From the NCBI GenBank assembly GCA_963751615.1, contig CAVVVG010000007.1:462110-526109 (forward strand): DNA of 64,000 nt. The letters are read 5' to 3'. The stretch is from an uncultured Alphaproteobacteria bacterium (GTDB taxonomy: Bacteria > Pseudomonadota > Alphaproteobacteria > Rhizobiales > Xanthobacteraceae). A program made the translations under genes and the position numbers. Below, in pieces: positions 26,362-36,333 of the stretch; position 1 is the stretch's first letter, and each line of letters begins with the position of its first letter. Under the pieces are notes generated by a model, which made no database searches, was not told where the DNA came from, and worked only from the letters and a program-made list of their open reading frames with translations.

Positions 26362-27548
26362 GAACGCGCCGCGAAGTCTGGATCACCGGCGTGGGATTGC
26401 TCACTTGCCTCGGCGAAGGTTTGGAGGCGAACTGGTCCCGTCTAATGACGGATAATCCGCCAGCGGCGCATGACGAGAAAATGTACGCGCCATTCGTCGT
26501 ACATCCACTCGCTCCGGTAAATTTCGACACGCAGATCCCGAAAAAGGGTGACCAGCGACAGATGGAACTGTGGCAGCGGATCGGCGTCTATGCTGCGGGT
26601 CTTGCGCTTGCCCACGCGGGAGTCGCCGGAAAAGTCGATATTCTCGACCGTATGGACATGATCATCGCAGCGGGTGGCGGCGAACGCGATATCGCCGTCG
26701 ATAGCGCTATCCTCAGCGGCATTCGCGGGGCCGCCAATCCCGGCGCATTCCTGAACGAGAGACTGCAAAGCGATTTGCGCCCTACCCTATTCCTCGCGCA
26801 GCTTCCGAATTTGCTGGCCGGCAATATTGGGATCGTTCATGGCGTCGTCGGATCGTCACGCACCTTCATGGGCGAGGAAGCGGCCGGCGTTGATGCGTCG
26901 CGGGTCACTTTTGAACGTGTGGCCGCCGGTCAAAGCGACATTTCTCTCGTGGGTAGTTCGTTCCATGGCACGCGCTGGGATCTGCTGCTCGTCACCGAGC
27001 TTGGCGAAAACCTGCTAAAGGCTCCATTCGCTCCGGTATGGGATCGCGGCGAAAAAGGTGGTCTCGCACTTGCTTCGATGGGCGCTTCGCTGGTGGTGGA
27101 GAGTAAGGAACACGCCGAAGCGCGTGGGGCAAAACCGATCGCACGCATCGTCAGCATTCAGTCCGACCGCAACCAGCGCAAGCCGGGTGAAATCGAGGCC
27201 ACCATTGAACGCCAATGGGCCGCGATCGAACCGAAGATAAAGCGCGATAAAACCGTCATCATTTCCGGTGCTTCTGGTCTCGGACCACCGACTTTCGCTG
27301 AGAAAAAGGCACTCGCAAAGATCGGTCTTCCCGTTCGCGCGACTGGTTCCCATATTGGTCATGGGTTCGACACCCAGTTTCTAGCCAATATGGCGATTGC
27401 GTGCGAAACGCTACGTCAAGGCAAGCTGTTTCCTGCCTGCGGCTCGGGCGACATGGGCGAAAGTCCGGCACAAATTTCGCAGGTCGTGGTAACCAGTGTG
27501 GGCAACTGGCGGGGCGAAGGAATGGCGCTAATCGATAAGGTCGACTGA
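26358..27548 (+). CDS. fabF2XL: Beta-ketoacyl synthase-like protein lacking the active-site Cys (CLF-like partner)
   Basis: KS fold, but GVVGSSRTFMGEEAAG occupies the position of the GPxxxxxTACxSG motif. ATGA overlap with fabZXL. Confidence 0.8.
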   Translation: MRTRREVWITGVGLLTCLGEGLEANWSRLMTDNPPAAHDEKMYAPFVVHPLAPVNFDTQIPKKGDQRQMELWQRIGVYAAGLALAHAGVAGKVDILDRMDMIIAAGGGERDIAVDSAILSGIRGAANPGAFLNERLQSDLRPTLFLAQLPNLLAGNIGIVHGVVGSSRTFMGEEAAGVDASRVTFERVAAGQSDISLVGSSFHGTRWDLLLVTELGENLLKAPFAPVWDRGEKGGLALASMGASLVVESKEHAEARGAKPIARIVSIQSDRNQRKPGEIEATIERQWAAIEPKIKRDKTVIISGASGLGPPTFAEKKALAKIGLPVRATGSHIGHGFDTQFLANMAIACETLRQGKLFPACGSGDMGESPAQISQVVVTSVGNWRGEGMALIDKVD

Positions 27549-27555
27549 CAGGAGC

Positions 27556-28845
27556 ATGGTGATGGGCAAACAATACGAGGATAAGGCGGGCCGCCCGGTG
27601 GTAGCAATCACCGGTATCGGCATCATGACTTCGCTCGGTACCGGCAAACAGGATAACTGGAAGAAACTCACGGCGGGCGAATCCGGCATTCGCCGCATTA
27701 CGCGCTTTCCGACGGATGGGTTGCGTACCACGATTGCGGGTACCGTGGACGTGAGCTACGAGCCAGAGATGGCCCCTTCACTCATGACCGAGAAGATTGC
27801 CAAGATCGTCGGCGAGGAAGCGATCGCCGAAGCCAACATCGGCTCGAAGGGAGTTTTTCCCGGCCCGCTGTTTCTGGCGATGGCACCCATCGAACTCGAA
27901 TGGCCGCACCGCTTCGATCTCGCCAGTGCAACTGGCACGAATGACAACGTGACGTATGCCGATCTCGTCCGAGTCGCTACACAGCCACGTTTTTCGCCTT
28001 ATTTCGAAATGGCAAAATACGGCATCGTTGGTGAGCACCTCGCCGATTTTTTCGGCACACAAGGCTCGCCCATTTCACTCACCACCGCCTGTGCGTCCGG
28101 TGCAACTGCCATTCAACTCAGTGTCGAAGCAATTCGCCGCGGTGAATGCAATGCCGCTCTCGTCATCGGCGCCGACACATCCGTGACGCCAGAGTCCGTC
28201 GTGCGCTTTTCTCTCTTGTCGGCGCTTTCTACACATAACGATCCGCCCGAACAGGCTTCGAAGCCGTTTTCCAAAAATCGCGACGGCTTCGTGCTGGCGG
28301 AGGGGTCGGCAGCGCTCGTGCTAGAAAATCTCGAGCACGCTGAGGCGCGTGGCGCGAAGATTCTCGGCATCGTGCAGGGCAGCGGCGAGAAATCCGACAA
28401 TTTCCACCGTACGCGGTCAAGTCCGAACGGTAAGCCGATCATTGGTTGCATGCACAACGCTTTCGCGGACGCCGGTATCACGCCGGAGGACGTCGACTAC
28501 ATCAACGCGCACGGCACCTCGACACCTGAGAACGACAAAATGGAAAATACGGGGCTTGCCGCGGTGTTTGGTGAGCGGGCGTCGAAAATTCCCATTTCAT
28601 CAAACAAATCTATGATCGGCCACACGTTGACGGCTGCGGGCGCGGTCGAAGCCGTCATCACAATGATGACGATCCAGAATCAGCGCATCCCGCCGACAAT
28701 CAACTACAAAGTGCCCGATCCCGGCATTTCACTGGACGTGGTGCCGAATGTTGCGCGTGATGCGAAAATCCGCACGGCGATCTCGAATTCGTTCGGTTTC
28801 GGCGGCCAGAACGCTTGTCTCGTGCTCGCGGGCGAGCCGAACTGA
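27556..28845 (+). CDS. fabF1XL: Beta-ketoacyl-ACP synthase II-like condensing enzyme
   Basis: Catalytic TTACASGATAI, INAHGTSTPENDK and GHTLTAAGAVE are all present. An alternative ATG lies at 27562. Confidence 0.85.
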   Translation: MVMGKQYEDKAGRPVVAITGIGIMTSLGTGKQDNWKKLTAGESGIRRITRFPTDGLRTTIAGTVDVSYEPEMAPSLMTEKIAKIVGEEAIAEANIGSKGVFPGPLFLAMAPIELEWPHRFDLASATGTNDNVTYADLVRVATQPRFSPYFEMAKYGIVGEHLADFFGTQGSPISLTTACASGATAIQLSVEAIRRGECNAALVIGADTSVTPESVVRFSLLSALSTHNDPPEQASKPFSKNRDGFVLAEGSAALVLENLEHAEARGAKILGIVQGSGEKSDNFHRTRSSPNGKPIIGCMHNAFADAGITPEDVDYINAHGTSTPENDKMENTGLAAVFGERASKIPISSNKSMIGHTLTAAGAVEAVITMMTIQNQRIPPTINYKVPDPGISLDVVPNVARDAKIRTAISNSFGFGGQNACLVLAGEPN

Positions 28846-28942
28846 GGCATTTTCAATATCGCGACAAAGGTTGACGGCGGGCAATCGGGTCTTTAGCCCT
28901 TTTGCCCGCCATCTTTTTTCGTTTATCACTGGAACTGATTGC

Positions 28943-29965
28943 ATGCGTGCACTTCAACTTGTGTCAGATCGGAAACTCGAAATCGCCGAGGTCGCGCCTC
29001 CGCTGCCGCCGAGCGAAGGCGAAGTTCAAATCAAGACACACGCCGTCGCACTCAACCACATTGACGTCTGGGGCTGGCGCGGCATGGCTTTTGCCAAGCG
29101 CAAAATGCCGCTTGTCGTCGGTGCCGAGGCTTCAGGAGAAATCGTCGCGGTCGGCGCAGGCGTGAAGAATTTTAGGGTGGGCGATCTAGTGACTCCTTAC
29201 GGTGCTCTCACCTGCGGCAAGTGCAAGGCCTGTGTCGAAGGCCGTGATAATCTCTGCGACAATGTGAATGGCGTCACCGGCTTTCACGTCGATGGCTTCG
29301 CGCGCGATCTCTATAATTATCAGGCCCGCCTGGTAATATCCGCACCAAAAGGGGTCAATTCGGTCGAGGCATCCTGCGCGCCTCTTACCTTTGCAACATC
29401 TGTGCACATGCTATTCGACAACGCGAAGCTGCAATCCGGGGAAACCGTGCTGGTTCACGCAGGTGGATCGGGAATCGGCACGGCGGCGATCAAACTTTCA
29501 AAAGATATCGGTGCGACGGTCATCACCACCGTGGGCAACGACGAAAAGGCAGCCAAGGCAAAAGCGATCGGGGCGGATCACGTTATCAATTACAAGACAG
29601 ACCGCTTCGAACACATCGTTCGCAAAATTACGCAAAAGAAGGGCGTCGATGTCGTATTCGAACACACCGGCGCCGACACCTGGGAAGGCTCACTGCTGTC
29701 GCTGAAACGTGGCGGGCGCCTCGTCACCTGCGGCGCGACGTCGGGACCGTCGGGCAAAATCAACCTGATGCAGCTTTTTCAGCAACAGTACAGAATTTTT
29801 GGCTCGTTTGGTTTTGCGATCCGGAACGTGGCCGAGGCACTTGCTAAAATTGCCAAGGGCGTCAAACCGGTGATCGATTCAGAAGTCGCGCTCGCTGATT
29901 TCCAGACCGGTCTCGAAAGACTCGAAGGCCGCCGCGTCTTTGGCAAAGTTGTCGTGCGCTTCTAA
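28943..29965 (+). CDS. adhA2XL: Zinc-binding alcohol dehydrogenase/MDR family oxidoreductase of the VLCFA cluster
   Basis: MRALQL...GEVQIKTHAVALNHIDVW...HAGGSGIGTAAIKL shows an MDR fold. The upstream part of the track ORF (28748-) is out-of-context read-through. Confidence 0.8.
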   Translation: MRALQLVSDRKLEIAEVAPPLPPSEGEVQIKTHAVALNHIDVWGWRGMAFAKRKMPLVVGAEASGEIVAVGAGVKNFRVGDLVTPYGALTCGKCKACVEGRDNLCDNVNGVTGFHVDGFARDLYNYQARLVISAPKGVNSVEASCAPLTFATSVHMLFDNAKLQSGETVLVHAGGSGIGTAAIKLSKDIGATVITTVGNDEKAAKAKAIGADHVINYKTDRFEHIVRKITQKKGVDVVFEHTGADTWEGSLLSLKRGGRLVTCGATSGPSGKINLMQLFQQQYRIFGSFGFAIRNVAEALAKIAKGVKPVIDSEVALADFQTGLERLEGRRVFGKVVVRF

Positions 29966-29978
29966 GCGCGAGGTCATT

Positions 29979-30954
29979 TTGAAGCCCAGCCTGCGCCGAC
30001 GCCTCAATCTTTTCCGCAAGAAATGGCTGCTGCCTTACACGCGGCCAATACTACGGCCTATCTCACTCGTGTTTCAGTACGTCCTGGCTTTTATCGTCCG
30101 TAGCCTCGTGCGTTTGTTGCAACGATTCGACGCGGACACGAGTTCAGATTTTGTCGGAAAGCTCGCACGCAATTTTGGTCCTTACATCAGCACCAGTCGA
30201 ATCGCACGCGAGAATTTGCGCGCTGCCTATCCTGAGAAAAGCGGAGGCGAGATCGAGGAGATCCTGCGCGGCGTGTGGGAAAATCTCGGCCGCGTCGCTG
30301 GTGAATTTGTCCATTTGGAGAAAATGTGGGATTACGATCACAACCATCCTAATCAGGGGCGGATTGAGACCAACGACGCTGAAAAATTTGGCACGCTACG
30401 CGATAGTGGAAAGCCGGCGCTGATATTTTCCGCACACCTGGCAAACTGGGAACTGGCCGCGGTCTGCGCCGCGGCGCATGATCTTGACGCCGCCATCGTA
30501 TTCCGTGCGCCCGACAATCCCTTCATGGCGGAGATCATTCACGAGACGCGCTCGGCCACGATGGGACAGTTACTACCCGCGGGCATAATGGGGAGCCTCG
30601 CGATGACCGGCGTGCTCGAACGCGGTGGTCATATCGGTATGTTGGTCGACCAACATAGAGATGCGAGACGTGGCGGTGTACCGGTTAAATTCTTTGGCCG
30701 TATGACGCCTGCGAATTCTACGATCGTACGTCTCGCGCGACAGTACAATTGCGCGGTTCATGGCGTGCGAGTCATACGTCTGCCAAAAAACAGATTTCGC
30801 ATTGAATTGACGGATGCGCTCAAGTTACCGCGCGACAATCAGGGTCGAAATCGATATCCAGCCCTCGATGCAGACCATAATATCCATCATCGAGGGCTGG
30901 ATTCGCGAATATCCGGAGCAATGGCTCTGGCTGCACCGCCGCTGGAGAGACTGA
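29979..30954 (+). pseudogene. lpxXL: Lipid A VLCFA acyltransferase (LpxL/HtrB family), interrupted by a 1-nt frameshift near 30846-30851
   Basis: The HxxxxE motif (SAHLANWE) and the body of an LpxL-family protein are in frame A. The conserved C-terminus IDIQPSMQTIISIIEGWIREYPEQWLWLHRRWRD* is in the next frame and ends at 30954. Deleting one A of cgaAAAtc restores ...DNQGRIDIQ.... The tail of the 380-aa track ORF (30955-31082) is out-of-frame. Confidence 0.75.
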
Positions 30955-30968
30955 GCGGCGAGAAATTA

Positions 30969-31202
30969 TTACCGACGTTTTCTGCGCTGCGTCTTGCGCT
31001 TCTTGCCGCCACGCTTCCTCGCACGCATACGCTTTACGGCAGCTTCGAGTTTCTTGCGGCTATTACCAATACGCTTGATTAATGTGCGAACCGCCGCCGG
31101 CGTCATGCGATTCTTTTTGGCAAAATATCTTACTTCATACGGCTCGTTCGCTGAAACGCGTGCGCGATCCGCCTTACCACGTTTTTTCTTGTTATCAGCC
31201 AT
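30969..31202 (-). CDS. DUF3606 domain-containing protein
   Basis: DRARVSANEPYEVRYFAKKNRMTPAAVRTLIKRIG matches the DUF3606 pattern. Basic C-terminal tail. Confidence 0.65.
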   Translation of the reverse strand: MADNKKKRGKADRARVSANEPYEVRYFAKKNRMTPAAVRTLIKRIGNSRKKLEAAVKRMRARKRGGKKRKTQRRKRR

Positions 31203-31447
31203 GTGCGACTCCTGTCTTGTATCAATACGTTAAACTCGGCGCAGTAGGCCGCGAAGTCAAGCACTCACCGCCCGGCTGCACATCCTGCGAATAACTTGTA
31301 ACATTATAAAGTTACGCCAACTTCGGGTGGCGGATAAACTCAACAGAATTGTAACAAGCAAACGGTCTCCCGGCCTTCATGCGACCTGCGGGAAGTTATT
31401 GTTTTTCCCGCATACACTCAATGCACACGGCACATCAATGCTGTGGA

Positions 31448-31774
31448 TCATCCGCGTTCGGTACCGAAACCGGCTGCTTTCCACGCCTTGATGCCGCCGG
31501 CCATGTGGGCATCGTACGGGAGGCCCGCCTGCTGAGCGAGGAGTGCCGCGGTAACAGATCGATTGCCTGAGCGACAGAAAAAGACGAGCTTCTTGTCCCT
31601 AGGATCGGGCAAGGCCGCAGGATTGAAACTTTTCAGCGGCATTTCGACCGTGCCGGGAATGCGTTCGACCGCAAGCTCATCGGGTTCGCGCACGTCAATA
31701 AGCAAAATCTTGCCTGCATCCATGCCGGCTTTCACTTCTTCGACCGTAAGATCCTTGACCGCGGGGTGCGACAT
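31448..31774 (-). CDS. Rhodanese-like domain protein (sulfurtransferase)
   Basis: 108 aa with LIDVREPDE and the active-site loop FFCRSGNRS. Confidence 0.8.
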   Translation of the reverse strand: MSHPAVKDLTVEEVKAGMDAGKILLIDVREPDELAVERIPGTVEMPLKSFNPAALPDPRDKKLVFFCRSGNRSVTAALLAQQAGLPYDAHMAGGIKAWKAAGFGTERG

Positions 31775-32125
31775 ACATTTCTCTGTGAAACGCGGAGAAC
31801 ATGTAAGCCGCGCGTCATGGCGGTCAAGCGAAAGGAGCTAGGCTTTTATCCCGCAGGACGCCGGTAGCGCTACTTTCATCAGCGTGATCGCGACTAAAAG
31901 AGCGTTACGGGTCCGGAAACGCATTGGAACAAACAGGCGCTGCTTTTTGTTGGAAAAATAAGTTATGTAATTCAATTGATTACAGGCGCACGGAAGCCAG
32001 ATGACAAAGGCACACAGCACCCCAATCCTTGCCTTCCGCGCGCTTCGCCTTGGCGCTATGACATCTATAATGACAGTGCAGCCTCGCACGGGGCGCGAAG
32101 ACATAATCTAGGGAGGAGTGGCGTC

Positions 32126-33622
32126 ATGCGCGAAATCGGACATTTCATTGGCGGTAAGCATGTAAAGGGAACGTCTGGCCGTACGGGCGACGTGTTCCAG
32201 CCGATGACCGGCGAAGTCATCGCCAAGGTCGCACTCGCCTCCAAGAAAGAATTGCGCGCCGCAGTCGAGAATGCAAAGGCTGCGCAACCGGCATGGGCCA
32301 AAACCAACCCTCAGCGTCGGGCGCGCGTAATGTTCAAATTTGTTGAACTGATCGCCAAAGAAACCGACAAGCTCGCCGAGTTGCTCGCGCGCGAACATGG
32401 CAAGACCATTGCCGACGCAAAGGGCGACATCCAGCGTGGCGTGGAAGTGGTCGAATTCGCGTGCGGTATCCCGCATCTAATGAAGGGTGAGTTCACTGAT
32501 AGTGCGGGACCAAACATTGACATCTACTCCATGCGGCAACCACTCGGCGTGGTTGCCGGCATCACGCCATTCAATTTCCCGGCCATGATTCCGATGTGGA
32601 AATTCGGACCTGCGATCGCCTGTGGCAATGCGTTCATTCTCAAGCCTTCCGAGCGCGATCCCGGCGTGCCGATGCGGCTCGCCGAACTGATGATTGAAGC
32701 CGGTCTTCCAGCAGGCATTCTCAACGTCATCAACGGCGACAAAGAAGTCGTGGATGCCATCCTCGATGATCATGATATCAAGGCTATCGGCTTCGTCGGA
32801 TCGACGCCAATCGCGGAATATATCTACACGCGTGGCACGGCAACCGGAAAGCGCGTGCAGTGCTTCGGCGGCGCGAAAAATCATATGATCGTGATGCCGG
32901 ACGCCGACATCGATCAAGCGGTTGATGCACTTGTAGGCGCGGGATATGGCTCTGCAGGTGAGCGCTGCATGGCAATCTCGGTCGCCGTGCCAGTCGGTAA
33001 GCAGACTGCCGACACGCTGGTGGAAAAGCTGATCCCGCGCGTTGAAAGCCTAAAGATCGGCCCTTCGACCTCGACCGACGCCGACCTCGGACCGATGGTG
33101 ACCAAAGAGCATCTGCAGAAAGTGAAAAACTATGTCGATATCGGTATTAAGGAAGGCGCGAAGCTGAAAGTAGACGGACGCAACTTCAAGATGCAGGGCT
33201 ACGAGAATGGCTTCTATATGGGCGGCTGCCTGTTTGATGACGTCACGCGCGACATGCGGATCTACAAAGAAGAGATTTTCGGTCCGGTCCTTTCGGTCGT
33301 TCGCGCCAAGGATTATCAGCAGGCGATCGACCTTCCGAACACTCACGAATACGGCAACGGCGTCTCGATCTTCACGCGTGATGGCGATGCTGCGCGCGAT
33401 TTCGCTTCTAAGGTCGAGGTCGGCATGGTCGGGATCAATTTCGCGATCCCGGTTCCCCTCGCCTATCACACATTCGGCGGTTGGAAACGTTCTGGCTTCG
33501 GCGATCTCAACCAACACGGCCCGGATTCAATCCGCTTCTACACGAAAACTAAGACCGTCACCGCACGCTGGCCGAGCGGAACCAAGGGCGGCGCGGACTT
33601 TACTATCCCGACGATGAAATAA
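32126..33622 (+). CDS. mmsA: CoA-acylating methylmalonate-semialdehyde dehydrogenase
   Basis: MREIGHFIGGKHV..., GITPFNFPAMIPMW and GERCMAIS (catalytic Cys). 498 aa, GGGAGGAG RBS. Confidence 0.9.
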   Translation: MREIGHFIGGKHVKGTSGRTGDVFQPMTGEVIAKVALASKKELRAAVENAKAAQPAWAKTNPQRRARVMFKFVELIAKETDKLAELLAREHGKTIADAKGDIQRGVEVVEFACGIPHLMKGEFTDSAGPNIDIYSMRQPLGVVAGITPFNFPAMIPMWKFGPAIACGNAFILKPSERDPGVPMRLAELMIEAGLPAGILNVINGDKEVVDAILDDHDIKAIGFVGSTPIAEYIYTRGTATGKRVQCFGGAKNHMIVMPDADIDQAVDALVGAGYGSAGERCMAISVAVPVGKQTADTLVEKLIPRVESLKIGPSTSTDADLGPMVTKEHLQKVKNYVDIGIKEGAKLKVDGRNFKMQGYENGFYMGGCLFDDVTRDMRIYKEEIFGPVLSVVRAKDYQQAIDLPNTHEYGNGVSIFTRDGDAARDFASKVEVGMVGINFAIPVPLAYHTFGGWKRSGFGDLNQHGPDSIRFYTKTKTVTARWPSGTKGGADFTIPTMK

Positions 33623-33635
33623 GCAGAAGCCGCCC

Positions 33636-34277
33636 ATGTCCGAGTATAAACTCTATTGTTTTGCACAATCGGGCAACGCCTACCGTGCGGCTCTGATGCT
33701 GAACCTGATCGGCGCCAAGTGGGAACCGGTGTTCGTCGATTTCTTCAAGGCCGGCGAGACACGGACGCCGAGGTACCGCGAGGAAGTGAACGAGATGGGC
33801 GAAGTGCCTGTGCTCGTGGATGGAGAGAAGAAGCTCTCGCAGTCCGGCGTGATTCTAACCTATCTTGCGGAAAAAAGCGGAAAATTCTTGCCACAAGGCG
33901 CAGACGAAAAGCTCGAGTGCCTACGCTGGATGATTTTCGACAATCAAAAGGTCAATGGCTTCCTCGGTCCCTATCGTTTTCTCCGCAATTGGGCGAAGGG
34001 CGTCGATCCCGCGGTAGCGGCTTTTTTCAGAGGCCGCCTCGACAATAATCTTGCGATCGTCAATAAGCGCCTCTCCGGCCAGCAATTCCTGCTTGGCACG
34101 CGGCCGACCATCGCCGACGTTTCCATGTGCGGATACATGTTCTATCCGGCAGACGAATTTGGCTTCGATATTGCCAAAGAACATCCAGCGATCGGCACAT
34201 GGCTCCAGCGGATCAAGACTCTACCCGGCTGGGTACACCCGTACGAGCTGATGCCCGGACACCCGATGGCAGCCTGA
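33636..34277 (+). CDS. Glutathione S-transferase family protein
   Basis: 213 aa. The N-terminal thioredoxin-like domain has GEVPVL...SGVILTYL, followed by a C-terminal helical domain. Confidence 0.8.
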   Translation: MSEYKLYCFAQSGNAYRAALMLNLIGAKWEPVFVDFFKAGETRTPRYREEVNEMGEVPVLVDGEKKLSQSGVILTYLAEKSGKFLPQGADEKLECLRWMIFDNQKVNGFLGPYRFLRNWAKGVDPAVAAFFRGRLDNNLAIVNKRLSGQQFLLGTRPTIADVSMCGYMFYPADEFGFDIAKEHPAIGTWLQRIKTLPGWVHPYELMPGHPMAA

Positions 34278-34284
34278 AACGACA

Positions 34285-35055
34285 TCAACTCCGTTTAAAC
34301 GTGAATGGCCCGAATGCCTGCATCGTCGCCATCGACTGGATGCGATTGATGTTCACGTGACGCGGCAGCGTGCAGCAGAAGAAAATCTGCTCGGCTATAT
34401 CATCGGCGGTCATCGGCTCGATGTTTTCGTAGGGCGCCTTCGCTTTCGCCGCATCGCCCTTGAAGCGCACGAGCGAGAATTCGGTTTCCGCGAGTCCCGG
34501 CTCGACCGAGGTCACGCGCACATTGGCGCCAAGAATGTCGGCACGCAGATTCAATGCAAACTGTTTCACAAACGCCTTGGTTGCGCCGTACACGTTGCCA
34601 CCCGGATAGGGGAAATCACTGGCGACCGAGCCGATCAGAACGACGTGACCCTCGTTGCGCTCAATCATGCCCGGCAGAAAAGCGCGCACGGTGTAAATCA
34701 GGCCATTGATGTTGGTCGCGATCATTTGCTCCCAGTCGCTGATATTGGCTTTTTGGGCGGGCTCAAGGCCGAGCGCCAGACCCGCATTGGCGATAACGAC
34801 ATTCACGTTCTTGAAATCGCTGGGCAGCGCATCGACCAGCGCATCCACCGCCTTCTTGTCGGTGACATCAAGAACCGCCGTGTGGCAGCTCGAGCCTAAC
34901 TCTTTTTTCAGCTTATCGAGCCGTTCCTTGCGGCGGCCAGTCGCGATCACCTTCGCGCCCGCACCGGCAAAACGGCGGCAAGTTGCCTCGCCGAAACCAG
35001 CGGTGGCGCCCGTCACCAGAACCGTCAAAGTCTTTGGGTCGACTTTCTTCATCAA
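34285..35055 (-). CDS. SDR family oxidoreductase (YdfG-like NADP-dependent 3-hydroxy acid dehydrogenase)
   Basis: VTGATAGFG cofactor motif and the YGATK catalytic motif. 256 aa. Confidence 0.85.
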   Translation of the reverse strand: MMKKVDPKTLTVLVTGATAGFGEATCRRFAGAGAKVIATGRRKERLDKLKKELGSSCHTAVLDVTDKKAVDALVDALPSDFKNVNVVIANAGLALGLEPAQKANISDWEQMIATNINGLIYTVRAFLPGMIERNEGHVVLIGSVASDFPYPGGNVYGATKAFVKQFALNLRADILGANVRVTSVEPGLAETEFSLVRFKGDAAKAKAPYENIEPMTADDIAEQIFFCCTLPRHVNINRIQSMATMQAFGPFTFKRS

Positions 35056-35110
35056 TGCTTCTCCTTGATACCCGCGGCAAGGACATAGCGTGGCGAGCCC
35101 AAAACGTCCA

Positions 35111-35144
35111 CAAAACGAAACGGCCCGCCGCGGATTGCGCGGCG
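35111..35144 (-). terminator. Putative rho-independent terminator after the TRAP binding-protein gene
   Basis: On the minus strand, cgccgcg-caatc-cgcggcg is followed by ggccgtttcgttttg. Confidence 0.45.
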
Positions 35145-35166
35145 AGCCGAATTTGCCGCCAACGTT

Positions 35167-36225
35167 TTACTGCTCAGGTCCTGCGTATTTCGCCACCAGT
35201 GTGCGGACATCATCCACGAGCTGTTGTCCGTTGGTGACCGTCCACAGGCCCTTACCCGCCATCTCGGCGATCCACGCGTCGATTACAGGTTTCGCCGCTG
35301 CTTTCCAGCGCGCTGTTTCCTTGGCGTCGAGTGTGATGATCGTATTTCCGCGCGCTTTTGCTGCGGCGAGACCCGGGATATCACCTTCGTCCATCACCTT
35401 GCCGAGACCTTTCGAGGCGTTGATGCCGGAATTATCGTCAATCACCTTTTTCAGGTCCGGCGGAAGGCTCTCGTATTTCGCTTTATTCATAACGAAAACA
35501 AAAAAGGCGACATAAAACGAGCGATTTCCGCTGAAGGTCGTGTGCGTATTGACAAGTTCGGAGAGGCGAAGCGGCGTGGTCACTTCCCAAGGAACCACGG
35601 CGCCGTCGATCACGCCCTTGGAGAGCGCGTCGGGCACGGCGGGCACCGGCATACCGACCGGTGTAGCGCCGAGCGCCTCGATAAGTTTGGTCACGATGCG
35701 CGTTGGACCACGTAGCTTGAGGCCCTTCATGTCCTCGAGCTTGCGGACACCCTCGCCCTTGGCGTGAATGAGACCGGCCCCATGGGTATGAACCGCGAGC
35801 ACCTTCACGTCCTTGAAGTCGTCCTTCATGTTTTTTTCGTAATATTCCCAAGCCGCCTGGCTGGTCTGCTCGCCGGTGGCGGCGATGAACGGCAGCTCGA
35901 AGGCCTCAGCCTTGGGGAAACGGCCCGATGTATAGCCGGTAAGCGTCCACACGATGTCGACGATGCCGTCCTTGGCCTGATCGAACAACTGCGGCGGCGT
36001 GCCGCCGAGCTGCATCGAGGGATACAACTCGACTTTTATTTTGCCACCTGAATCGGCCTCAACTTTGCGCGCCCACGGCTCGATGAAATTTTTCGGCACT
36101 GGCGCCTGTGCCGGCAGAAATTGATGCACGCGCAGCGTCACCTGTTGCGCCGTGGCGGGCACCGCAAAAGAGGCAAGCGCGGCGGCCGCCGCTGCGGCCA
36201 GCGTGACGCGAGTGCAGAAGTTCAT
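35167..36225 (-). CDS. dctP: TRAP transporter substrate-binding protein
   Basis: MNFCTRVTLAAAAAAALASFAVPATAQQ is a signal peptide, followed by a DctP-family body. GGGAGGA RBS before the ATG at 36225. Confidence 0.85.
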   Translation of the reverse strand: MNFCTRVTLAAAAAAALASFAVPATAQQVTLRVHQFLPAQAPVPKNFIEPWARKVEADSGGKIKVELYPSMQLGGTPPQLFDQAKDGIVDIVWTLTGYTSGRFPKAEAFELPFIAATGEQTSQAAWEYYEKNMKDDFKDVKVLAVHTHGAGLIHAKGEGVRKLEDMKGLKLRGPTRIVTKLIEALGATPVGMPVPAVPDALSKGVIDGAVVPWEVTTPLRLSELVNTHTTFSGNRSFYVAFFVFVMNKAKYESLPPDLKKVIDDNSGINASKGLGKVMDEGDIPGLAAAKARGNTIITLDAKETARWKAAAKPVIDAWIAEMAGKGLWTVTNGQQLVDDVRTLVAKYAGPEQ

Positions 36226-36333
36226 GATGAAATCCTCCCTAAGTCCTTTATTTAAAATGATTCCGCTTCTTTTGAGCGGTTTTTGGTGAATGCCAGCGGA
36301 TGCTACCGTAGCCGAAACTACGGTCAACCTTGA

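Noticed and set aside
30955-31082. The C-terminal extension of the 380-aa track ORF for the lpxXL gene, and its TTG start at 29940.
   Set aside because: The tail is the out-of-frame continuation after the frameshift, and it runs antisense into the DUF3606 gene. The conserved C-terminus ends at 30954 in another frame. A TTG at 29979 with a GAGG RBS is a more plausible start.
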